A stretch of 64,000 nucleotides of DNA from positions 572 to 64,571 of IMG/VR virus record IMGVR_UViG_3300013126_000029; one strand, written 5' to 3'. Every line of letters begins with the position of its first letter. Within the stretch, counting starts at the first letter, position 1. The position numbers were made by a program, and so were the translations under genes. This stretch comes from a virus. Taxonomy: Duplodnaviria; Caudoviricetes. The notes under the pieces are model-generated. The model had not been told where the DNA came from and did not search any database. It saw only the letters and a list, made by a program, of their open reading frames with translations. Positions 46,601 through 53,653 of the stretch are shown piece after piece.

Positions 46601-47376
46601 CCGTGCATCTCGTGCTCGTCCGGCTCGACTCCGAAGCCCTCCGGGTCGGCGTGCTGCTCGGCTACCTCGTCGAGGTGGCTCGCAACCGAACCGGCGACCG
46701 GGAACGTCTTGGAGACGTTGCCGGCGGCGGCCGGCGGCGGCGTCGCGACCCACCGCTTTTCGGTGCGCCCGCGGGCGTCGGTGCGGGTCTCCTGGTGGAG
46801 GGCGCCGCCGTGTGACGGGTCGCCGGCCGGTTTGCCCCCGTCCCCGCCGGGCGTGAGCATGTCGAACATGGACAAGGTCTGCTTGTCCTTCTTGTCGATA
46901 GCTTTCCAACCCTCTTGGGATGGCTGCACCGCGTCGAGAAACCGCTGCGCGTGGGCGTGAGTCGCCAGGTGTGTCCACTGTGTCCGAAAACCGTGCTCCC
47001 CCTCGACCTCGCCGGGCTGCCCATGCTCCGGGTAGAGGTCGTGGGTGCCCATAAGGCGCCCGTCGTCGTCCACCTCGATGCGCCCGATCTTGCCGTCGCC
47101 GTGCCGGAAGTCGGTAGGGTCGGCGTAGTGAGACGGACTCTCCGCCTGGATGCCCTTGTGCTGCAACTCTCCGATCATCACGCCGCGCCGCTGGTGGGCT
47201 CGCCCCACGGCGCCCCACGGCGCGCCGGCCTGCCCCGCCCGCTTCCATCTGTGGGACAACGGATCAAGCATGAGGCCCGGCCGGTTGGCGATGGGCCCGG
47301 CCTTGGCGGCCTCGGGCTCTGCCAGGTTGGTGCGGATCAGGTTGACCTTGTCGAGGATGGCGCGAGCGATGCTCAT
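43699..47376 (-). CDS. Large His/Ala-rich helical internal virion protein with C-terminal RMF-like motif
   Basis: Start re-chosen at ATG 47376 (GGGAG RBS, overlaps the MuF stop). Many AHxxAAxAH helices; both shared motifs present; ends GYSAG...KNPH...WAAGYAQG. Confidence 0.75.
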   Translation of the reverse strand: MSIARAILDKVNLIRTNLAEPEAAKAGPIANRPGLMLDPLSHRWKRAGQAGAPWGAVGRAHQRRGVMIGELQHKGIQAESPSHYADPTDFRHGDGKIGRIEVDDDGRLMGTHDLYPEHGQPGEVEGEHGFRTQWTHLATHAHAQRFLDAVQPSQEGWKAIDKKDKQTLSMFDMLTPGGDGGKPAGDPSHGGALHQETRTDARGRTEKRWVATPPPAAAGNVSKTFPVAGSVASHLDEVAEQHADPEGFGVEPDEHEMHGHILAHYDRAKSKLRAPDDPRMADRMADYFSEQANAADELHGKKEGEGAHAEGRAHLRAARSAMSTLAGTLREHATGLRKAAMPKPPPTAQEPAQGTSGHWGHMLAARHTRIADAHRDAMQAAGGPSTPEGRHHMTAQRAHRAAADAAKAAATGNGSESEAKTATTRADTETKKAEDGIAKLKKAPKPAEPWQKHAEMQQSHARAIEAHRELANTARGRGDHLAERAHETAADAHHAAASAHGIAFASSSKRESPNTSERDQATIDRNKAAVASHHAADASLRANGQRDAAGLGPDRGISEGQAARIVQQTRPGSHEAKAQAHTSHAAFHAKQAEGRADGDPVGDKHREAALAHTKAARMHSRVGATPGAEAAADRLTTEAHARSRDVKAVADRIQGREADRRAADPSYRVAQETKEPPAPAMLRDRATPEGIAQAKQGALYTTKDGNVAYRKVGPGKTDWHRQKPSSHAPGEWTDVDDPPSKHAFQSVMRLVDSEGGHIHTPAPEPAPAAAAAAAEPDITPQQAQIKAHEHDRKGEQFQSSHGGHGAGNAHKQAAYAWQQVATEMRRGDASPQRIKDAHALSEKAQKEEAQVPARQAARAKAPVHEHLAKLHRQAADEATGGGERAAHQDAARAQDEAARAAYQHAASTLDPNDVHGGDHYEIHANAANRQSEHASRLTSQRTGGQWPPAPKAETKPEPASYAIDTGAGRKSVQGHRVGVYGVHDEAPEHGGLATVTHIPSGRSIAQGYAPDDALKLAQHLHDKAEGAHGSAAFGTTFDREHPDSQRMMAALQNASVKPRPDRLAGQIRNKAQDHRARQGAADKHEARAAEHRQKLQAAREGGASLSVTGGHANAEKAHTAAAEAFRSNASNAASKAQEAKDTSERVAKYEREDAMSRAHKAANESGYSAGHGDETLRRSASGQGTAPQKNPHKQGTPEHDHWAAGYAQGRGDAGGAAREEVRWSR

Positions 47377-48632
47377 GGAACTCCCTCGTAGCCCATGCCG
47401 GCGAACGCGGCGAGTTGGCGGCGAAATCCGGGAAACAGGTTGTCGGCCTCGGGCCCGTAGGTCACCAGGGGACCGCAGAGATCGTTCGGATGGGTCGGGC
47501 CGACGGTCGCCGTCCAGTCCCTCGCCTTCTTGGGCGGAGGGCCGGCGTTCTCGCCGTTGGCCAGGATCTCGTCGAGCGGGTAGAGGCGGGGGGTGGCGTC
47601 GTCGGCGCGCCAGATCCGAAAGCAGTGGGTGCAGGGCGCGATGAGCTTGCCCTTCTGGTCTCGGCGGGTTGCCTGGGGGATCTTGTAGACCAACACCTTC
47701 GGCACTCGCAGGCTTGCACCCTCGGGTAGGTTGTCGTTGATCGGGTGGGCCTGGAGCATGGCCGAGAGGTGACCCTCGTTCGAGGCGTAGGCCATCTCGG
47801 TGCGGGCGACCCGGCGCCAGTCGCGCATCCACGATCCACCCTGCCAGATCGGGACGCCGTCACCCCGGTCCACCTTGACGCCGGTCAGATCGGCCAGAAA
47901 CCCTGCCAGGCGCTCGGGGTGGATGTGGACGCGCTGGGCGGCCAGCGTCCGGCGGCGCACGATCTCGCGATCCACCTGGAGGAGCCGCTGGTTGACCTGT
48001 TCGACGACGCCGTAGGCCACCGGGCGTAGAAACTGCCCGGCGTGGGCGCGCAGGTGAGCGATGGCGGCCCGGTCCACCGGATGCAGCTCGCGGCCCTTGG
48101 CCACCTGCCAGGCGATGTCGAGGGGGGCCTCGGGGGCGACGGCCTGGTGGATGAGCCCGAAGCGGTAGCCCTGCTCGATGAAACTCGCGGCCCACGGGGC
48201 TCGGCGGCGCAGATCCTCGTCCACGATTCGGCCCATGGTCGGGTCGTGGAACCCCATCCGGCTCAAGAGGCCGGCGGCGCGAAAGGCGAGCCGGCGCCAG
48301 ACGGCATCCAGCTCGCCCCGGTCGAGGTCGATGGGCATGTGCAGCTCGCCTCGGCCCATCATGGCCTCGACGTCGTCGAGCACCTGCTGGATGTAGCCGG
48401 AGAACTCGCCCTCGACGCGGGTCCACAACTCCCGCATGTGGGCCTCGGGGAAGTCCTCTTCGGCGTCGCCCTCGTCGTGGTCCTCGGCGGCCTTCAGCGC
48501 CTCGATGTCGCCCTGGGCGAGCATGCGCAGGCTCTCGGGGTGATGGATGAGCCCGCGGGCGGCCATGACCTCGCCGAACGCCGCGACGATGGCGTGGTCG
48601 GAGACGCGCCGGAGCTGCGCTGCGACGCGCAC
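47373..48632 (-). CDS. MuF/SPP1 gp7-like minor head morphogenesis protein
   Basis: Directly after the portal; RDWRRVARTEM, PCTHC, GPTHPNDLC motifs. Confidence 0.8.
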   Translation of the reverse strand: MRVAAQLRRVSDHAIVAAFGEVMAARGLIHHPESLRMLAQGDIEALKAAEDHDEGDAEEDFPEAHMRELWTRVEGEFSGYIQQVLDDVEAMMGRGELHMPIDLDRGELDAVWRRLAFRAAGLLSRMGFHDPTMGRIVDEDLRRRAPWAASFIEQGYRFGLIHQAVAPEAPLDIAWQVAKGRELHPVDRAAIAHLRAHAGQFLRPVAYGVVEQVNQRLLQVDREIVRRRTLAAQRVHIHPERLAGFLADLTGVKVDRGDGVPIWQGGSWMRDWRRVARTEMAYASNEGHLSAMLQAHPINDNLPEGASLRVPKVLVYKIPQATRRDQKGKLIAPCTHCFRIWRADDATPRLYPLDEILANGENAGPPPKKARDWTATVGPTHPNDLCGPLVTYGPEADNLFPGFRRQLAAFAGMGYEGVP

Positions 48633-48633
48633 G

Positions 48634-50484
48634 TCAACCTCCCTGCGAGACGGGGGCGTCGGTCTCGAAAACGAGGAAGCCTCCGGCGTGCACGACGGCC
48701 TTGCCGCCCTCCGACCCTCCGGGCTGGCCACCCTGGGGCGCAGGACCGCCGCCGCGGTTCATCCCATCATCCCACTGGAGGTGATCGGGCTGTCCATCGG
48801 GCGGTCCGCCCTGGGCGTCGCCAGGGCCCGGCTGGCCTCCGGGCTGGCCTCCGGGCTGGCCACCCTGTTGCTGGGCCTGCGCGGCCTGCTGGGCTTCCAT
48901 CATCTTCTGCTGGTCGCCCTGCTGGGCGATGGCCTGGGCGCGCCACTTCGGATAGGCGGCCCACTCCTCCTGATAGAGGGGGAGCCCGCGCTGCTGGCGC
49001 GCCTCGTTGAGCCCCAACCAGTAGTCGGTCTCCTTGCTGAGGTGGGTGATCTCCTGTTCCTCGTCGCGGTCGTCGATGCCCAACCAGGCGAATATGAGGT
49101 CGGGATCGTGGCGCCTGACCATCGGGGTCAGAACGTGGTCGGCCAGGAACGCGAGGAGGTTCAGGAGGCCCCGGTCGAGCTTCTCCTGGCGCTCGCCGTC
49201 GCGGTTGCGCTCGGTGAGGCTCGACCCGCCGCCGGGGCCCCTGGGGTCGAGGTTGATCTCCGACGGGTCGATGCTGTACGGCGCGCACCCCAGCATCGTC
49301 GCGTGGTGGATGGTCTCCGAGAACTGCATGTCGGCCGCGCTCTGGGTGCGGGTCGGCACGAACTTCAGATCCTCGACGTTCCCCAGGGTGATCAGCGGCG
49401 TGTTGAATTGCTTGCCCGCCCCGCTGTGGTGCGTCTTCAAAACCTCGGTGATGAGCTGGACGTCGGCGTCCTGGTACTCGGTGCCGTTCAGGAGGGCCAC
49501 CGTGTCGGCCATCGCGTCGCGAAAGAAGCTCGCCACGTACCCCATGCCGTGCAGGTACAGACTCGTGGCCATGTAGCTCTCTTCGGCCGGCGACTTGCCG
49601 TATCCCCAGTGCCGCATTTGCGGGGAGGGGTTGGCCACGGCGATGAGAAGATCGTCGTCGGTGAGGTAGGTGAGCGGGGCGAGGCTGCGCTCGGGGTCCA
49701 CCTGGAGGTATCGGCAGTCGCGCAAGTCCTGCCCGGTCTGCTCGTAAAACTGGCGCAGGCCCTCGTCCAGATCGGCCTCGCCGTCGGAGCGCACGATGTT
49801 GTTCAGGCGCACAAAGTGGTCGAGGTACAGTTCCATCGGCCAGATCGTCGAGCCGTCAACGTGGGCGAACTGGACGGGCCCCATGGTGCCGGTGGCGTCC
49901 AGGATGCCCCGGATCATGTTCACGCACACCCGGTCGAGTGCGAGGTGATCCTCGGTGCACTTCACCAGGACCGCTCCCAGGTTGGTGTCGTAGAGCGGGT
50001 GGGGCGAGTCGATGATCTGGGCGATGGCGTCGCAGCGCGCCTGGAGGTTCGGCACCTGGCTGACGTCGAAGCGCGGGTGGAAGTGGCGGCGGTGGACGAT
50101 CTGCCAGCCGGGGCGGTTGCGGCGGCCGTCGTGGCGGCGGCAGACGGACCGGACCTGCTGGCGCCGCGTGCTGTGGATGGCGACGTTGAGGAGCGAGCTG
50201 GACGAGATCGTCCGTAGCAGCTCGTGGCTCAAGAGGTCGGCCGGCTTGCCCCGCCCGTACTGCACGACGCGGCGGGACCGCTCGCTGTCGCTCATGTACT
50301 CGGTGGTGCGGGGGAGCACCATGACCTTCGGGCGCGCTGGACGCGCGACGCGCTCCTCGACCGATTTGAACGCCGGAGCGAGCACGGCCATGAGGAACTG
50401 GGCAAGCCGGGGGTCTATCGCCCCCGCGTCATTGTCGGCGTGGGCTCTCCGGCTGATGGGTTGACCCGCCGCATCCAACAACAC
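48634..50484 (-). CDS. Portal protein
   Basis: 616 aa; HVDGSTI, GYGKSPAE, DMQFSE, YSIDPSEIN, LNEARQQRGL; Gln/Gly-rich C-terminal tail. Confidence 0.9.
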   Translation of the reverse strand: MLLDAAGQPISRRAHADNDAGAIDPRLAQFLMAVLAPAFKSVEERVARPARPKVMVLPRTTEYMSDSERSRRVVQYGRGKPADLLSHELLRTISSSSLLNVAIHSTRRQQVRSVCRRHDGRRNRPGWQIVHRRHFHPRFDVSQVPNLQARCDAIAQIIDSPHPLYDTNLGAVLVKCTEDHLALDRVCVNMIRGILDATGTMGPVQFAHVDGSTIWPMELYLDHFVRLNNIVRSDGEADLDEGLRQFYEQTGQDLRDCRYLQVDPERSLAPLTYLTDDDLLIAVANPSPQMRHWGYGKSPAEESYMATSLYLHGMGYVASFFRDAMADTVALLNGTEYQDADVQLITEVLKTHHSGAGKQFNTPLITLGNVEDLKFVPTRTQSAADMQFSETIHHATMLGCAPYSIDPSEINLDPRGPGGGSSLTERNRDGERQEKLDRGLLNLLAFLADHVLTPMVRRHDPDLIFAWLGIDDRDEEQEITHLSKETDYWLGLNEARQQRGLPLYQEEWAAYPKWRAQAIAQQGDQQKMMEAQQAAQAQQQGGQPGGQPGGQPGPGDAQGGPPDGQPDHLQWDDGMNRGGGPAPQGGQPGGSEGGKAVVHAGGFLVFETDAPVSQGG

Positions 50485-50500
50485 GGTTCACCCCTGCTGA

Positions 50501-50965
50501 TCAGCGGCCCCGGATGACGTAGTGCAGGGTGGACCCGTCGGCGGCGATGCCGGTGCCCAGGGTCACGTTGCGGCCAGAGACCGTGACGCCGTTGGCGGCG
50601 ACGAACGACGTGTCGCCGTTGGCGGCGATCTTCTTGGCCTTCGCGGCGGCCATGCTGGCCGTCCAGACGAAGGTCAGGCCGACCGTCACGTCGTGCACCG
50701 TGACCTCCTCGATGACCTCGAAGTCGGCCAGACGGGTGTTGACCGTCTCGGCCACGACGCCCGCGTCGGCGTCCACCGCGGGCCCGAGCACCAGGGCGGC
50801 CCCGGCCCCGGCCTGGGTGCCGTAGGCGGAGACGTTGACGTTGGCCAGCACGCGGCGCAGGACGTCGGAGACGCTGCCACCGTCGGCGTAGGGAAAACTG
50901 GGGTTCGACGCCGGGCTGTTCAATCGCTCGATGTCGGTGGAGGCGGTGTTGCCGGTGGTGCGCAT
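50501..50965 (-). CDS. Hypothetical (probably structural) protein between terL and portal
   Basis: 154 aa; AGGAG RBS; candidate promoter immediately upstream. Confidence 0.7.
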   Translation of the reverse strand: MRTTGNTASTDIERLNSPASNPSFPYADGGSVSDVLRRVLANVNVSAYGTQAGAGAALVLGPAVDADAGVVAETVNTRLADFEVIEEVTVHDVTVGLTFVWTASMAAAKAKKIAANGDTSFVAANGVTVSGRNVTLGTGIAADGSTLHYVIRGR

Positions 50966-51010
50966 CTGCGAAGGGCTCCTGTTCCTGTTGAGGGTCGCGG
51001 TCCGCCTCGG

Positions 51011-51040
51011 ACTCTACGGCCTGAAACTTGCCGCGGTCAA
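51011..51040 (-). promoter_or_regulatory. Putative promoter TTGACC-N18-TAGAGT for the portal/head operon
   Basis: Near-consensus sigma70 boxes just after the terL stop; -35 lies within the inverted repeat CGCGG-TTGA-CCGCG. Confidence 0.55.
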
Positions 51041-51045
51041 CCGCG

Positions 51046-52941
51046 TCAGAAGTACGCGGCGCGCACCTTGCGGCCCGCGGGGAGCCGCGTCCAGGCGATG
51101 TGGTTGAGGAGGTCGGCAAAGAAGAAGTGGGGATCAGAGGTGTCCCCCTTCAAAGTGAGGGGGCGCGGGCGGCCGGGGGCGCGGGCGAGCTTGCTCCAGT
51201 GGACCTTCACGACGCCCGTCTTCTCGGCGATGTCCACCCCGTCGGCGCGCCTCTCCTCGGAGGTCTTGCGCTTCGCCATGCGTTGCAGGTGGTCGTGGTA
51301 GACGTCCCCGCAGATCGACGCAACGAACTCGCGGCCGTAGGGGTCGAGCACGCGCTGCAAGAGGCTCTTGGCGTTGGGGGTCTCGACCGCCCGGTCGGCC
51401 CACGCCTGGGTCAACAGGTCGATGGCCCGGCTGCGGTGGATGTTGACGCTGTGCTTCACCTTGAAAGCGGTGGCGGTCTTCTTGTCCTTCTCGGCCTCCT
51501 GGCCGTCGGATCGGTCGCCCCACCGGATGACGCGGGGATCGGAGTCGTTGTTGGCGTAGGTCACCAGGAACACCCGGCCCCGGTGCGCGTTGGCAAAGGC
51601 CAGCGCATCGTTGTAGTTGGGGTTCGGCTCGACGCAACAAACCGACACGTCGAACTCGCGCATGAGCTGCGCTCCGCGAACCCACGGATCTTCGGCCCAG
51701 ACGATCTCCAGGTGCACCACTCGCCGCTTGCCGTTCGGGGCGCGGGTCGAGATCACGTAGTAGTTGTTCTGGCCCATCTGGTCGATGCCCATGGCGGTGT
51801 TGCCGACCTCGCCGGGCTCGGCCCAGAGCAAGTCCTCGTTGGCGCAGGCATCGAGCACGTCCTGGGTGATGGGCACGCTGTCGGCGTCCATCCACATTTG
51901 CCCCAGGACGGATCGGGTGAACTCGCCCCGGTCGCTGTCCGGTCTGAAGAACGCATCGGCGATGGAGTCGATGGGCTGGGCGGTCATGAGCTGCGTCGGG
52001 TTGTAGCCGGGGAAGCGCCCGCTCTCGTTGTGCGCGACCCACCGGCCGGCGGAGCGGTTGACGATCCGCGCGTCGCAGCGGGGGCAGAAGAGGAAGTAGC
52101 GGTCCTCGCCCTCGGCGGCGTCCTTGCGCTCTCCCAGGCAGTTCGGCCAGACGTCCGGCAGGACAACCCCGTCACGGCACCGGCAGGCGTGGTGGAAGCG
52201 GTACTGGGTGCTCTGCTCCCAGCGCACGTCCAGAGCGTCGCCGGGCATGCCGGCGGTCGAGGTGTAGGCGATGGTCCCCAGCGCCGAGGCCATGATCCGC
52301 TTCTCGACCCGGTCCACGCGGGCCGGGTCCATCAGGCGAACCTCGTCGAGGAGGAGCCGGTCGAGCGGGAACGCATCGACGCCCTGCCCCTGCATCCACC
52401 CCAGAAGTACCCACGACGGTCCGATTCGCTTGAGGTTGTAGCTGTCCTGGGTCTTGGCGACGGCGCCCTTGCTCTGGCCCAGATCGGACGCCTTGGCGTC
52501 GCCGCAGGCGACCCCGGTGCGCTCTCCGACCGCGGTCAGGATGCTCTTGAAGCGGGCCTGCGAAAACACCCGGACCATCTCCTGCGTCGGCAGGTACATC
52601 CCGATCCAGACCCCGCGCCCGGCGTAGTAGTCGAGGTGAGCGAGCGAGGTGATCAGGTAGAAGTCCATGATGGACTTCCCCACCTGAGCGGCGGACATGA
52701 CCACCAGGCGCCGGCCCATGCCCGCGGCGTAGATCGGCCGCCAGAACTCGCGCCCGTGAAACGTGAGGGGGCGGCCCACGTCCGTCGGGATCTCGGTCGG
52801 GATCAGGTGCTCGACCCACTCCAGGGGGTTGCGCGAGTTGGCCAGCCGGGCGCGCAGGCGGTGTAGATCGTCCTGGCCGCGATAGAGGGCCGACGCCTCG
52901 CGCAGCGCCGCGGCGAGGCCCATCTCGACGGCGACGCTCAC
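51046..52941 (-). CDS. terL: Terminase large subunit (GpA-like)
   Basis: Start re-chosen at GTG 52941. Walker A SAAQVGKS, Walker B LLLDEV, STA, Cys cluster (CRC...CPRC), nuclease MGID, DPHFFFA. Confidence 0.9.
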   Translation of the reverse strand: MSVAVEMGLAAALREASALYRGQDDLHRLRARLANSRNPLEWVEHLIPTEIPTDVGRPLTFHGREFWRPIYAAGMGRRLVVMSAAQVGKSIMDFYLITSLAHLDYYAGRGVWIGMYLPTQEMVRVFSQARFKSILTAVGERTGVACGDAKASDLGQSKGAVAKTQDSYNLKRIGPSWVLLGWMQGQGVDAFPLDRLLLDEVRLMDPARVDRVEKRIMASALGTIAYTSTAGMPGDALDVRWEQSTQYRFHHACRCRDGVVLPDVWPNCLGERKDAAEGEDRYFLFCPRCDARIVNRSAGRWVAHNESGRFPGYNPTQLMTAQPIDSIADAFFRPDSDRGEFTRSVLGQMWMDADSVPITQDVLDACANEDLLWAEPGEVGNTAMGIDQMGQNNYYVISTRAPNGKRRVVHLEIVWAEDPWVRGAQLMREFDVSVCCVEPNPNYNDALAFANAHRGRVFLVTYANNDSDPRVIRWGDRSDGQEAEKDKKTATAFKVKHSVNIHRSRAIDLLTQAWADRAVETPNAKSLLQRVLDPYGREFVASICGDVYHDHLQRMAKRKTSEERRADGVDIAEKTGVVKVHWSKLARAPGRPRPLTLKGDTSDPHFFFADLLNHIAWTRLPAGRKVRAAYF

Positions 52942-53585
52942 GGGCCGGACGCCTTCGGCCCCTGTTGCCCGTCGAGCTGGATCGCCAGGGCTTCCAGCCG
53001 CTCGGCCACGCGCACGGCGATGTCCTCGCGGGCGACCTTGGAGTCCCCGGCGACCTCGCGCACGATGTTGAGGATCTGGAGGAACATCGCGACCACCTGG
53101 CCGCGGGTCAGGGTGTCGCTGCCCGAAACGAGCAACTTCTCGCGCCCCAGGATGAGCGTGCCGAGCTTGTCGAGGATCGTGACCGACGCCTGGAGGCGCC
53201 GGAGCATGTCCACCGCGATGTCCACCCGCTCGTCGCCGTCGGCCTGCTCCAGATCGGTGATGTCGATGGCGTACTCGATGCGGTCGGCTCGCTCCAGGGC
53301 GGCCCACAAACGAGCGGCCACCGCGTTCAGGTTCCACAAGTCCGCCTTGCGTTTCAGGTAGGCCCCGATGGTGTCCTGGAGTTGGGCGTGCGCCTTGTGG
53401 GCGTAGAGGCCCGACTTCAACGCCGACGTCCCCGGCTCCTTGCGGGTGCCCTCCTTGACGCGCTTCTTCGTGCCGGCCCCGTGCATCGGGCAGACCGGGT
53501 AACCCTCGCGGGCCCATCGTCCGCAGGGGGAACCGTCTTTCTTGTGGGCGGTGCACTTCTCTCGTGGGCGGTCTTTTCTGCTCAC
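52938..53585 (-). CDS. terS: Terminase small subunit (HGGxSTG-like N-terminus)
   Basis: CTAHKKDGSPC...CPMHGAG...KSGLY; immediately upstream of terL with overlapping stop/start. Confidence 0.75.
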   Translation of the reverse strand: MSRKDRPREKCTAHKKDGSPCGRWAREGYPVCPMHGAGTKKRVKEGTRKEPGTSALKSGLYAHKAHAQLQDTIGAYLKRKADLWNLNAVAARLWAALERADRIEYAIDITDLEQADGDERVDIAVDMLRRLQASVTILDKLGTLILGREKLLVSGSDTLTRGQVVAMFLQILNIVREVAGDSKVAREDIAVRVAERLEALAIQLDGQQGPKASGP

Positions 53586-53653
53586 GTCGTTCTCCGGTTG
53601 GTGTCAGGCGCCTCAAATAGTAGCATCGGCCCCAACTGCGGGAGGACGACGAC

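Noticed and set aside
28050-47312. Dispersed DNA repeats as CRISPR or DGR template/variable repeats
   Set aside because: Short, in-frame and widely spaced; no cas or reverse transcriptase gene and no adenine-specific mismatches.
48820-48870. 12-bp tandem repeats (GGCTGGCCTCCG)
   Set aside because: Encode the GGQP low-complexity tail of the portal protein; not a CRISPR array or iteron.
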